DNA of 64,000 nt, taken from positions 6,696,001-6,760,000 of the forward strand of contig NC_043004.1 of the NCBI RefSeq assembly GCF_006345805.1, written 5' to 3'. Below are positions 12,123 to 25,500 of the stretch, piece after piece (positions within the stretch are counted from its first letter, which is position 1; the number at the start of each line of letters is the position of its first letter). A program made the position numbers and the translations under genes. This DNA is from Octopus sinensis. Lineage: Eukaryota. A model generated the notes under the pieces. The model was given only the letters and a program-made list of their open reading frames with translations, did no database searches and had not been told where the DNA came from.

Positions 12123-15100
12123 TTAATATATATAACAGAGAAACATGACAGGCTTCTTTTAGTTTCCGTCTACCAAATCCACTCACAAGGCTTTGGTTGA
12201 CCTGAGGCTATAATAGAAGACACTTGCCCAAGGTGCCATGCAGTGGGACTGAACCCAAGACTACATGGCTGGAAAGCAAGCTTCTTAAGAACACAACCAC
12301 ACCTGCACCTACAACAACAACAACAATCTTTTCTACTGTAGGCACAAGACCTGGCATCTGAGGGAAGGGTTAGCTGATTACATTGACTCCTTAAAGATGA
12401 AAAGTAAAGTCAGCCTCAGTGGGATAATGATGATAATAATAATAATAACAACAATAATAATAATAATAATTTCTAACATGGACACAAGGCCAGAAATTCA
12501 GAGGATTAGAAGGAGAACAGTAAATAACATAGATCCCAGTAATTAACTGGTGTTCTATTCTATCAACCCTGGATGGATGAAAAGCAAACTTGATTTCAGT
12601 AGGATTTGATCAAGGGACATAAAAATGCCTGGATGAATAAATAACCCTTTATCAAATTAAGATTCTGGTCAACTATAGTTATTCCCAAAATTATTGATTG
12701 CAATTCCATTTTAGCCATAAATATTTGATACAAAAATACAAATGTTATGAAGAAACTGAGATTAGATAACAAAAATCTTCAATGCTTCTCACTATTTGTT
12801 GTCTCACTATGTTAAATTGAATGGATCAAGGGCCTTCATTCATCAAATCAAACCAGAACAATTTGCAACAATTTTAAAATTTAGATTAGAAATTAGCTTC
12901 ATCCAATCTTTTGCTTACTCTGTATTCTGAAACTAAAAAAAAAATCTGAAAAGCAGCATGCTTGGAAATCGCTATTTTTTTTCCCTTTACAAAATGTTAT
13001 GAAATGTGACGTATATAACAAAACAAAAATATAATTTTTCTTTTTTGTGATACAAATGATCTGTACACTAGTTTTAGTTTGCTTTTAATACTGAGCCAAA
13101 CTAATTTTCAATGAATCTAGCATACAATTTCAAAAACAAAACCTCATATTAGAATTACAAATTACATTTACAGGAAAAATTGTCAGTTTTTAATGCTTTT
13201 ATAGAGCAATTTTTCATGAACACCATGAAAATTTAAAAGATACAAATAATAACAACAACAACAACAATAATAATAAAATAATAACGATGATAAAATAAAA
13301 TTGCAAAGCGACTTCCACTAGCTTATACATTAGAACTTACAAACGTGTAATGGCCTAAAAACATATGAAAACCTAACAAAATTGGTAAATAAGAGATAAC
13401 TAAACAAGTAAAGAGAAAAAGCGTTGGCTTCAGTCATGCATGAAAATCTTTTATTCAAAAAGTTTAGAAAGTATTTTGAAAATTTTAAATGCAAATTATA
13501 GCTTAAAGTTGCAGGAGAAAAAAGTCCAGTCTTGAACGGGAAGGCAGTTACTACTGAAAGATGGCTAATATAATGAAGCCAACAGATCAATAAAAAAAAA
13601 GTACATATATATATATATATATTGATTTGTAAGCGTAAATGGTGTTTAAAAAGAAAAAAGCCAATGAGGAAATCAAACTATCCAGTTAGAAATCTCAGTA
13701 AAGATGTAAAATATTAAAGTTTGTCTCAGTTTGAGGCTATGAGGAATTTTAGATATCTTAAAATAAATAACAAAACAAAAATGATTATGATGTTAATGAT
13801 GATGATAATAGTGATGAGTACTCTTATAAATCTTCTGGCGATAAAGGTTTCTTTTAACTAACTGAGCACAAGGAGGTTAATTCTGTAGGTGAGGATATAA
13901 TTGTTGGAAATGAAGGCGCATAGCTTAGCGGTGAGGTTATTTGTCTTATGGTCATAAGGCTATGAGTTTGATTCCCAGTGGCATGCTTTGTCCTTGAGCA
14001 AGACACTTTATTTCACATTCCTCCAGTCCACTCAGCAGGCAAAAATGAGTAGTACCTGTAATTCAAAAGGTCAGTCCTGTTACATTGTGTCATGCTGAAT
14101 CTCCCTGAGAACTACATTAAGGGTAAGCATGTCTGTGGGGTGTTCAGCCACTTGCACATTAATTTCATGAGCAGGTTGTTCTGTTGACTGGATCAACTGG
14201 AACCCTCATCATCACAGCTGCACTCTATTGGCCAACAGAGGGCCAGGTGGAACCACTTAAATTCATGTAATTGAAACTAATGGTTTAATGATTTAGAACA
14301 ATAAACAGGTAAGATTTTGCATAACATTTATCGCTTCATTACTATTTCTCTTAAACTACACCATCTTTGTCTCAATTAATTTTGAAAATAATAATGGTGC
14401 AGCTGCTTGGTTAAGAAGCAACCACATAGCATTGGGTTAGGTACCATTGTGTGGCACCTTGATCAAGTGTTTTCTACTATAGCCCTGCACTGACCACTGT
14501 GTTTGGTCAGAGTAAATTTAGCAGATATTACTGTGGAAGCTGGTCGTCTGTTTGTCTATTTATGTATGTATTATGTATATGTGTGTATGTATTATATACA
14601 TATATCATCATCATCGTTTAATGTCCACTTTCCATGCTGGCATGGGTTGGACGATTTGACTGCCGACTGGCGAACCAGATGGTTGCACCAGGCTCCAATC
14701 TGATCTGGCAGAGTTTCTACAGCTGGATGCCCTTCCTAACGCCAACCACTCTGAGAATGTAGTGGGTGCTTTTATATGCCACCAGCACAAGGGCCAGTCA
14801 GACGATACTGGCAATGGTCATGCTCAAATGGTGTTTTTTACATGCCACCTGCGCAGGAGTTAGTCCAGTGGCACTGGCAACGACCTCACTCGAATGTTTT
14901 TTCACTTGCCACTAGCACAAGTGCCAGTACATACACATATATGTATATGCACATGACGGGCTTCTTTCAGTTTCTATCTACTAAATCCATTCACGAGGCT
15001 TTGGTTGACCCAAGGATATAGTAGAAGATACTTGCCCAAGGTGTCATGCAATGAGATTAAACCTGAGACCACATAGTTGGGAAGCAAGCTTCTAAAACCA

Positions 15101-16079
15101 TATATTAATTGTTTGTACCCATACCATATATGTTAAATTCTCTGACCACTATTTTCAGTTTTAACAATCTCCATGTCTCCTCAACTTATGGTTTCTATAA
15201 AGGTTGTACTAAATTCACATTATTTTTCCACACCTTTCAATATCTGTTACTTTCAGACACCCACGGTATTTTCTGTTTAGCTGATGCTGTCCTGAATAGC
15301 TCTTTTTGTTAATCTTTTGATACACATGAATGACATGAAATATTATTTCCATGTTACACTTTTGTGTAACCCACTTTCTTTGTAAATGACTTTTCTAAAA
15401 ATAACACGGTGCATTGTTTAGGAAGTTCGGTGCATTGTTTTGTAACCATGTGAATCTAGGTTCACTCTCACTGTGCAGTAGCCTGAGCAAGTGTATTCTG
15501 CCATAGCCTCAGTTTGGTTAATACCTTGAGTGGAATTTAGTGTTGTTGGAAACTGTGCAGAAGCCTGCTGTATATATGTGTCTCTGTACATGTAGTGTAT
15601 CTATGTTCATGTATTTCAGTACAGTTGGTTATGCAGTGTCAATTTAAATCTTGTCACTTAGTGGCTTGATAAATGAATATTAATAAAGTAAATACCAGAG
15701 ACTTTAATAAATACCATACTCTATATAGCATATAAGATGTACTTCTTTCACACAAAAAAGTCTAGAAACAATCATCCCAGGTCCTACATGTGAAGTTGGG
15801 CCTTCCATAAGCTACAATACATTAAAAACATTTTTTCCACCTCAATATGCACTGCTGAAATTTGGATGCATCTAATATGCCCACATATCCTTTATGCCAT
15901 CAAATATGGTGGTTAGGATCAATACAACTGATTAAACCCTTAAATTCAATGCTCTTGCAGGCTTATAGTTTAATGACTAAAAACCATTATATATATATAA
16001 TGAAGGGCTGATACAACTGACAATATGCTCCGCTTGAGAAGACTGGATATATATATATATATATATATATATGTATCTG

Positions 16080-16450
16080 AAGGTGCATGGTTCAGTGGTT
16101 AGGCTTCGAGCTTACAATTGTGAGGCTGAGCGTTCGATTCCCTGACTGGGCTGCATATTGTGTTCTTGAGCAAGACACTTTATTTCATGTTGTTCCAGTT
16201 CACTCAGCTGTAGAAATGAGTTGCGACATCACAGGTGCCAAGCTGTATCAGCCTTTGCCTTTCCATTGGATAATATCGGTGGCATGGAGAGGAGAGGCTG
16301 GTATGCATGGGCGACTGATGGCCTTCCATAAAAACAAGCCTAGGTTGTGCATTAGCCAGTGAGGCAACTTTCTGCCCAGACTTGTATCCCGGAGGGGAAC
16401 CTCTTAAGTGCATCTGTGGTCATTTGTGACCGATGGAGTTGACGATGATG
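16080..16450 (+). mobile_element. tRNA-derived SINE family C; related copies near 10380-10710, 13912-14220, 23690-23915, 59900-60130
   Basis: A box TGGTTCAGTGGTTA, B box GTTCGATTCC, then the CTTGAGCAAGACACTT motif typical of conserved SINE central domains. Confidence 0.7.
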
Positions 16451-16454
16451 ACTA

Positions 16455-16485
<31 letters not shown>

Positions 16486-16487
16486 AT

Positions 16488-16648
16488 AGGTGCAGGAGTG
16501 GCTGTGTGGTAAGTAGCTTGCTTATCAACCACATGGTTCTGGGTTCAGTCCCACTGTGTGGCACCTTGGGCAAATGTCTTCTACTATAGCCTCGGGCTGA
16601 TCAAAGCATTGTGAGTGGATTTGGTAGACAGTAACTAAAAGAAGCCCG

Positions 16649-16685
<37 letters not shown>

Positions 16686-16875
16686 TCGTCTGTGTTTGTC
16701 TCCCCACCATTGCTTGACAACCGATGTTGGTGTGTTTACATAACTTAGCAGTTCGGCAAAAGAGGCCGATAGGATAAGTACTAGACTTACAAAGAATAAG
16801 TCCTGAGGTCAATTTGTTTGACTAAAGGCGGTGCTCCAGCATGCCCACAGTCAAATGACTAAAACAAATAAAAGA
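16488..16875 (+). mobile_element. SINE family A
   Basis: Head, (TA)n tract and tail all present. Confidence 0.85.
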
Positions 16876-18708
16876 ATATACATATATATATATGCATATG
16901 AGAGAGAGAGAGTGGGGTGGTAGAATAAGAATAGTAATCTTTCTGATAAAAATATGAAAGAAGACCATAGACACAAAGTGGGGAATTTTAGTATTGGAGA
17001 TTAAACAGAAAATTCTCATGTTTGTGTCACGTTTTATGACTAGTCAGGTCACATTTTTTCTATAGCATTTGATGGTCCCCAAATTTTCAGTTGCCAGGTT
17101 TTCGTATTGGTTCCTAAGAGAGGAAAAAATCTTAACTTATGCTGACAAAATAATTCATCTCTCATTATTATCACTTAAAAAAAAAAAAAAATAATCACGT
17201 GCCTTTTCCTTTTCTTAATTTTATACATACTGAAAATAAGTGTCTAAAGATGAAATGAATAGCTGACATAAAAAATAAAAATCTGTTTGTTTAATGGTAA
17301 ATAAACAGTAAAAGTATCAAATTAAATCGTTAGAAATACCAAATAAGATCAAAGTTCTAAAGAGAATATAAAACAAAAACAAATGTATAAAATATTCAAA
17401 ATAATTGACACAGTTTCACACCATATCTCATTAGTCGTGGTATTTTTGGGTGAGAGTGTGTGTAAGTCTTTTAAGTCAATCACAAAAATAGACTACTCTT
17501 CATTTCAAAAGAAAGGATACCTTCAAAAGCAGATAAGTTAGATTTTAACAGATAACTAATTACATTTTTATGTACTCAACAATGAAAATTTGCCTTTTAT
17601 CTGTCCAGCCTGTTGCATTTATTATTATTATTATTATTATTATATAACTTGCAGTTTGTAATGAAAACCATCTTGCTCCTAGCTAAACAGGCTTCTGCTG
17701 TATTGTTATGTCTTGTAATTACAAGGTACCCTAAAGATCTAGAGTACATGGCTTTCAGAGAACCATGTATCAGGGACACTTAATGTATAGTTAATACTGT
17801 CCCTTTTCTTTATGTACTAAGAGAATTCAGGTGTAAGTTTTAGTTTTGCTACTAAAATAGCCTTGTTACTAAAGGCCTGTGATTTTTCAACCTTTTCCCT
17901 CTCTATAGCACCTTGAATAAGATGCCAATAGTCTTGTGGCAACATCATCAGCTTTTTAAGAGTATTTTTTTCTTGACCTTTTACTTGTTTCAGTTATTGG
18001 ATTGCAGCCATGCTGGGGCGATTCCTTGAAAGCTTTAATTAAACAAATGAAGCCCAGCTTTTATTTTTTAAGTTTGGTCCTTGTTCTAACAGTTTCTTTT
18101 CTAAGTGTCAGTGGTAGTAGGGAGAAACACACACACACACACACACACAAACAGGTTTCCACACAATTTCTGCCTACCAAATTCACTCACAAGGCTTATA
18201 GTACAAATTCACTCAGTCTAGGCTTATAGTACAAGACACTTTCCCAAGTTGCTGAGCAGTGGGATTGAACCACTGAACCTGAAACCATGTGGTTGCAAAG
18301 CAAGCTTCTTAACCACACAGTCATAGTTGTTCCAAAATATTAAAAAACAAAAATAAAACAAATGACTGGTTTCAGGTTCAGTCCTGTTGCACAGCACCTT
18401 GGGCAAGTGTCTTCTACTATAGCCCAAGGCTGACCAGTGCTTTGTGAGTGAACTTATTCTTTTATTCTTTTACCTGTTTCAGTCATTTGACTGTGGCCAT
18501 GCTGGAGCACCACCTTTAGTCAAGAAAATTGACTCCAGGATGTATTCTTTGTAAGCCTAGTAATTATTCTATTGGTCTCTTTTGCCGAACCGCTAAGTTA
18601 TGGGGATGTAAATACACAAGCATTGGTTGTCAAGCAATGAGGTGGGGGGACAAACACACACACAAACATACATACATACATACATACTATATATATATAT
18701 ATATATAC

Positions 18709-20922
18709 CAAGTCTGTGGATGGTGCAAAGTCCCTTCCAGACCTAGAATTACGTGGTGGTGGAATAGTGCAGTAGATAAAGCCATCTGTGAAAAGAGACG
18801 GGCCTGGAAAGCCTGGAAGGATGGGGGCAGCAGGGAACTGTACCAGATAGCCAAAAGGGAGGCTGGGCGGCAGGTATACATTGCCAAAGATGTAGCAGAA
18901 AAGAAGAAGTTTGCCAATGTCCAGCGTCGCGAGGATCAAAGAGCTGAAGTATTTCGGATTGCCAGACAGTGTGTCAGAGAAAATAGCGATGTTATAGGAG
19001 AGAAATGTGTCCGCATGGATGATGGGGCACTTGCTTTTACTACTAGTGAAAAGAAAGAGGCTTGGAGAAGCCATTATGAAAGACTGCTGAATGAGGAGAA
19101 TGAATGGGAGGAGGAGAGCCTGCCAAATGTTGACCCAGTAGAGGGACCAGCTACCCGAATAGACAGCTCCCTTGTAGATAAGGCAATTAAGGATATGAAA
19201 CCAGGCAAAGCCCCTGGCCTATCAGGAATCACTGCTGAGATGCTTAAAACAGCTGGCTATGTGGGCTATGCCATAGTCACCCGCATTGTAAACCAGGTAG
19301 TTCACAATGGAGTCATACCCAATGACTGGTGCAGCAGCACCATAGTCAACTGCTACAAGGGTAAGGGTGATGCTCTAGATAGAAATAACTACAGAGGTAT
19401 CAAACTGTTGGACCAGGTGATGAAGGTCTCAGAGAAGGTCATAACCAATCTCATTAGGGAGAGAATTTGTTTAGATGAAATGCAGTTCGGTTTTGTACCA
19501 GGTAGAAGCACCACTGATGCTATATTCCTGGTCCGACAACTGCAGGAGAAGTACCTAGCTAAAGATAAACCCCTCTACATAGCTTTTGTAGACTTGGAGA
19601 AAGCCTTTGACAGGGTTCCCCGTTCCCTTATCTGGTGGTCGATGCGGAAACTGGAGATTGAAGAATGGCTAATAAGGGCTGTACAGGCTCTATACAGAGA
19701 GGCTGTCAGCAAGGTTAGGATTGGCAACGAATATAGTGAAGAATTCCGGGTAGAAGTAGGTGTGCACCAGGGCTCAGCCCTCAGTCCCCTTTTATTCATC
19801 ATAGTCCTTCAGGCAATAACAGAGGAATTCAAAACGGGATGCCCCTGGGAGCTCCTCTATGCCGATGACCTAGCTCTCATAGCAGAATCACTACCGGAAC
19901 TAGAAGAGAAATTTCGGGTGTGGAAGCAAGGGTTGGAATCAAAGGGCCTTAGAATAAATGTAGCAAAGACCAAAGTATTAGTAAGCAGCAAGAGGTACTC
20001 AGCACACATCCCCTCGGGTAGGTGGCCCTGCTCAACCTGTAGGAAAGGTACAGGTAGAAACTCCATAAGATGCACCCAATGTAAGTTATGGACACATAAG
20101 AGGTGCAGCAACATTAAAGGGAAATTAACAGATAAGATAGCTTTCATGTGCGGCAGATGCACAGGGACAATAGACACAACAGACACTCAGAAAACAGATT
20201 CCATCACACTCCAGGGAGAGAAACTAGAAGTAGTTGATAGTTTCCGCTACCTGGGAGACCAAGTTAGTAGCGGAGGTGGATGCACAGAGAGTATCACCAC
20301 TAGAATACGAATAGCCTGGGCAAAGTTCAGAAAGCTCCTACCCCTACTGGCAACAAAAGGTCTCTCCCTCAGAGCAAAAGGTAGATTGTATGATGCATGT
20401 GTGCGAACTGCCATGCTTCACGGTAATGAAACATGGGCTGTGACAGCAGAAGACATGCGTAGACTTGAAAGAAATGAAGCTAGCATGATCCGCTGGATGT
20501 GTAGTGTCAGTGTGCACGCAAAACAGAGTGTAAGTATCCTGAGAGAAATGCTGGATATAAGAAGCATCAGATGTGGTGTGCAAGAGCGACGCTTGCGATG
20601 GTATGGTCATGTGCTGCGGATGGATGAAGAGAGATGTGTGAAGAAGTGCCACTCCCAAACAGTTGAAGGTATCAGGGGGAGAGGTAGACCCAGGAAGACA
20701 TGGGATGAGGTGGTCAAGCATGACCTCAGAGCATTGGGCCTCACTGAGGCAATGGCGAAGGACCGAGATCTCTGGAGATATTCTGTGACTACAAAGACCC
20801 GGGCTGCTTTCTGCAGCAATTCCACATACCCCCTACCCATTCTAAGTACCCCGGATCCCCAAAGTACCCTGGATCCCCAAAGTACCCCGGACCTCGTTGC
20901 CCCCGTGCCGCTGACACGTTAA
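18709..20922 (+). CDS. RTE LINE ORF: reverse transcriptase plus C4HC3 PHD-type finger; endonuclease lost by truncation
   Basis: Uninterrupted frame with KAPG, YRGIKLL, QFGF, FVDLEKAFDRV, GVHQGSALSPLLF, LYADD (19858-19869), FRYLG, RLRWYGHV and GRPRKTW. The ORF-track portion upstream of 18709 is SINE/microsatellite sequence. Confidence 0.92.
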   Translation, partial: QVCGWCKVPSRPRITWWWNSAVDKAICEKRRAWKAWKDGGSRELYQIAKREAGRQVYIAKDVAEKKKFANVQRREDQRAEVFRIARQCVRENSDVIGEKCVRMDDGALAFTTSEKKEAWRSHYERLLNEENEWEEESLPNVDPVEGPATRIDSSLVDKAIKDMKPGKAPGLSGITAEMLKTAGYVGYAIVTRIVNQVVHNGVIPNDWCSSTIVNCYKGKGDALDRNNYRGIKLLDQVMKVSEKVITNLIRERICLDEMQFGFVPGRSTTDAIFLVRQLQEKYLAKDKPLYIAFVDLEKAFDRVPRSLIWWSMRKLEIEEWLIRAVQALYREAVSKVRIGNEYSEEFRVEVGVHQGSALSPLLFIIVLQAITEEFKTGCPWELLYADDLALIAESLPELEEKFRVWKQGLESKGLRINVAKTKVLVSSKRYSAHIPSGRWPCSTCRKGTGRNSIRCTQCKLWTHKRCSNIKGKLTDKIAFMCGRCTGTIDTTDTQKTDSITLQGEKLEVVDSFRYLGDQVSSGGGCTESITTRIRIAWAKFRKLLPLLATKGLSLRAKGRLYDACVRTAMLHGNETWAVTAEDMRRLERNEASMIRWMCSVSVHAKQSVSILREMLDIRSIRCGVQERRLRWYGHVLRMDEERCVKKCHSQTVEGIRGRGRPRKTWDEVVKHDLRALGLTEAMAKDRDLWRYSVTTKTRAAFCSNSTYPLPILSTPDPQSTLDPQSTPDLVAPVPLTR

Positions 20923-21163
20923 AATGCTCGAACCGATCGTGACAATGCCGGACCCTCCGGGCCCCTGTGCAGGTGGCACGTAAAAAGCACCCAATCCACT
21001 CACGGAGTGGTTGGCGTTAGGAAGGGCATCCAGCCGTAGAAGCTCTGCCAGATTCAGACTGGAGCCTGGTGCGGCCCCTGGCTTCCCAGACCCGGTCAAA
21101 CCGTCCAACCCGTGCTAGCGCGGAAAGCGGACGTTAAACGATGATGATGATGATGATGATGAT
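18709..21163 (+). mobile_element. 5'-truncated RTE-clade LINE with (GAT)n tail, inserted in the (TA)n tract of a SINE
   Basis: RT ORF, 3' UTR and (GAT)8 tail at 21140-21163. The two halves of the host SINE flank it (18465-18705 and 21164-21308). Confidence 0.93.
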
Positions 21164-22907
21164 ACGATGGGCTTCTTTCAGTTTCCGCCTACCAAATCCA
21201 CTCAAGGCTTTGGTCGGACTGAAGCTATAGCAGAAGACACGTGCCATGCAGTGTGACTGTACCCGGAATCATGTGGTTGGTAAGCAAGCTACATATCACA
21301 CAGCTACTCAATTTAGTAGACAGAGCCTGTATAAGACAGTCACACACACACACACATACACATTGTACTTTGCAGTAAAGAAATTCATTCGCACTTTAGT
21401 GGGAGCATTTAAAAACAATGTTTTAGAATATTCACTTTTTTTTTTTTACTTGCCTCCTGAAATTATGGTACACTTACAAAACCATACATGGCTCAATATA
21501 TTGTGACATGGTGGTTGACGTTTACAATAGACTATCATGAAAACAAGCACATCTGTTACTCAAGGGTGTTGTAACATATTTTGTCACTATAGAGTATTCT
21601 GAAAAATGTTATTGTGTTTATTGTTATAACAGTCACTGAAATGTGTGCATTGATCAGACAGACTGTGAACCATAGGAAATGAAGGAGAGTTGGTCAATAG
21701 GACAGAGAAACTGGTTTGTAAACAACCTAAGTAGTAGTAGTAGTAGTAATAGCAGTAGTAGTTCTCTGTATTGAATATATATGCACACCAAACTGGCTGC
21801 TGTTAGCAGTGCCTCCTAGAAATGTGTTGATAATGTTGAAATTCTTAATTAGTTTGAAATGTTTTAAAGCACTTGTGAAGATATAGAACAGTACAGTAGT
21901 TATTAATGTCTTAAATTTCAGGGTAAGGTGCTTTAAAAATTTCAGATAATTGCCAATTTCAAAATAAGAATATTATGTTTCTAAACATTTACGTTGGATT
22001 TTATCCACCACTCACTGCTGTGTATTATCTTGCTTTCTTATCCATTCCCAATTTTAATATAACATTGCCTGGAAAAAGTATTGGAATACTCAATTAAAAT
22101 CTATGATTTAATGAGCTGTTTGATCGCTTGCATTTCTGATTTAAAATCAAGCTTAGGGTCAAATTTTATCCCTTTTGAATTAATAAAGTTACAGTAGCAT
22201 ATGGAAATAAATGATGAAAAGTCTTAATCAAATTCTTTATGTTGAATTTCTGGCTTCAGCCCAAGTGTTCAAACAGCTGTTCCTGTAACATATTTGCTTG
22301 ACAAAAGCTGACTAAAAACTACCAGTTTATAATGTCTTTCCTGGTAAAAGTACATTATTGAAAAATAATTTCAATATACATCTATCTTCTTAAATGCTGG
22401 ATAGCAACAAACAAAGAAAAAACGAAACCCAGAATGATTTTCAATATATTAATTCTATCTAAAATTAAAAACATATTGAAAATACACTTAAGGGTTTTTT
22501 AAAAACTTTTTATTATTATCATATCTTCTCTGTATCCAAATGTAGTTTAAAATACATATAAACTTGTTCTAATGAACACAAGCCTAGCATAAACATGAAT
22601 TAATTGCTTAAAGCTAAAGCAAATTCTTCAAAAATATTTAAATATGGCAAATGATAGGAAATTTCTTCAGCTCCACTTAAAAACAATTCTTGCAACATAT
22701 TCCTACTTGGTAGGTAGGAGATGTTTTTGGCACAGTGGTGCCATCTATTTGGCATCACTGATTCAATGCTGACTCATTTGACATCCGGCATTTTAATGTT
22801 TCTTTTGTTCTCTCTCTCTCTCTGTTTATGGGTGTGTACATCAAGTTGTATTTGTATGTATGTACGTGTAATATCTCTTACTCTATTTGTAAGTGTATAC
22901 CTGTAAG

Positions 22908-23071
22908 TACTAGCATAGCCAGAGCATGTGCTGCCCAGGGCAGCCCTTCCATTTGCCACCCCCAGAGCCTACAAAAAACACATTATCTACAGCAGACCCA
23001 AAAGTGCCCCCACTTTAAAAGTAGTGCTCAGGGCAGACTGCTCCTATCACCCCAGCCTAGCTATGCCAGTG
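22908..23071. mobile_element. hAT-type MITE
   Basis: Imperfect TIRs TACTAGCATAGC / GCTATGCCAGTG; 8-bp TSD CCTGTAAG (22900) / TCTGTAAG (23072). Confidence 0.6.
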
Positions 23072-25099
23072 TCTGTAAGTGTGTGTGTGTGTGTGTGTGT
23101 GTGCACAACTCAAGGGCCAAAAAGCACTGTTACCTAAACAGGTTGAATGTCCAGTCAGCGATGCCAAATTGTCAGCATTCAAACACTCATTCCCAATTGT
23201 CTCATCTCACCCCCTGACTGACGTCAGTGAGGCCTCTGTTTTCAAATACAAATACATCAACAGCCAGAGTTTGTATTTATATTACCAATGATATTAGTTG
23301 AATTCATAACCAAGTACACTTCATAGGATGATTTATCACCATCATCATCATCATTTAACGTGTGCATTCTACGTTGGCATGGGTTGGATGGTTTAACAAG
23401 ATCTGATGAGATCAAGGACTGTGTTGTGCTCTAACGTCTGCTTTAGTTTAGTTTTCAGTGGCTGGATGCCCTTCCAAATACTAATCACTTTACAATAGAG
23501 CATGTACCAAGTGCTCTTTTTGTGCTGCTAGCACTAATGAGGTCACGAAGCAGCATGCAAGCCTTGGGGGTGGGGAGCTTTATGCTAGGAGAATAAGGGG
23601 TAGAATATGAGAGGAAAGGGTCAGAGCAGAACAGATTTCTTGCCGTAGAGAAGATACATGGTTGGTGGTTAGTCCACATTACTCAGTAAGGAGTACAGGG
23701 CCAGTTTTCTGGTTTCTCTGGTATATATATTCCTTCCAGGATGGGACACCAGTCCATCACAAGATTACTTACTTTTACCAGTGGAATGGACTGGAGCAAT
23801 GTGAAATGAAGTGTTTTGCTCAAGAACACAACATATGACCTGGTCCAAGAATCAAAACTACAATCTTATGATCATGAGTCCAACACCCTAACCACTAAGC
23901 CATGCACCTCCATGAGAAGCTATATGACCATTCCCATTTTAGAAGAGCAGGTGGTAGGTGTGTGATTTTTATTCATACATTTAGTTTATTAGATGGGAAC
24001 TAAATTACCACAAATTGTACTCTGAGCTACAACTATAAATATAAGTTGTTTTCCAAATTATCTCCAAATTCTTTACAACAAAGTAATCTAATTCATTTCC
24101 TAAACTAAGAAAAACCATATGTAAATTACAGGGAATAGCCCTGTAACTATATAACCTTCAACTAGATCACTGAAAGTTGAATGCAGATGTGATAGTTTAA
24201 AATTTCTACAGGAGTACCTGGAAATATTTTGCAGCTTCCTCAGATTAACCAGGTGAATAGCATAAAATAAGAACTCAAGATTTTATTCTGCAACTCTCAT
24301 GGTGTTTTTTTGTTGTTGTTAGGAAATCTTTCTAAGGAGAATACTAATTAAAAGCCAGCAATATTTTGTTTTTCTTAGCTACATTTCCTTCTTTACAAGA
24401 ACGAAATATGTATAATTCATCTACTCAACTCACGATATTACAGGTGTTAATTTTCTGAATCCTGGTAGAACAGAAAGCTAACTTGATAAGACTTGAATAG
24501 ACTGTTTATGTGTTTATCAAGAGACAAACAAATATAAAAAGATATGGTGAAATTATAACCCTATGTCCATCAACAGCCTTCATCTTAAAACCTACTCATC
24601 ACAATAAGAAAATGAAAATACTCTTGAATTATGTATGAAATTTATCTTGTCTTAGGTACATTACAGCTAACTTTTACTGTCCACAATATTTTTGTTTTCT
24701 CTCTTTCTCAATGCTCACACCAAAATCAATGATTATACAAGGCATTACCATGGATACCACTGATACAGTGGCTCTAGACTGATGAAAGCTGTGTGTTTTA
24801 AACATTAAGATATTGGAAAGTAAAACACACAACACCTAAGTAGTTTAGCTAATGATCTTTGTAATATTTTAAGATTCTAACAACAAATAAACAAAAATAG
24901 AATATAATAAAATTACAAGCAAAAAAAAAAAAAGAATGTTTTGTTTAGGAAAATAAAAATTTGAAAATATCATCTATTTTTTGATAGTGAGTGTGTAATT
25001 TTAAAACCCCACCTACCTCTTTCAAGGAAGGGAATTGCTTTTGGAAGATACAATAATGGATGCATGCTTTTTTTCTTTTTACCTTTCTATATTCTATTC

Positions 25100-25293
25100 T
25101 TTTATTTGTTTCAGTTATTTGACTGTGACCATGCTGGAGTACTGCCTTTAGTTGAACAAATCAACCCCAGGACTTATTCTTTGTAAGCCTAGTACTTATT
25201 CTATCAGTCTCTTTTGCCGAACCACTAAACTACGGGGACATAAACCCACCAACATCGGTCGTTAAGTGATGCTGTGGGGACAAACACAGACAC

Positions 25294-25338
<45 letters not shown>

Positions 25339-25500
25339 GGCCTTCTTTCAGTTTCTGTCTACCAAATCCACTCACAAGGCTTTGGTCAGCCAGAGGCTAT
25401 AGTAGAAGACACTTGACCAAGGTGCCATGCAGTGGGGCTGAACCCAGAACCATATGGTTAGTAAGCAAGCTACTTACCACACAGCCACTCTTATGCCTAT
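25100..25500 (-). mobile_element. SINE family A
   Basis: Full reverse-orientation copy. Confidence 0.85.

Noticed and set aside
16080-16160. tRNA gene
   Set aside because: A and B boxes are present but there is no complete cloverleaf, and it continues into a SINE body; the same holds for the other SINE heads.
18529-18708. N-terminal extension of the 797-aa ORF as a real fusion protein
   Set aside because: Antisense SINE plus microsatellite that happens to be open, with a non-ATG start.
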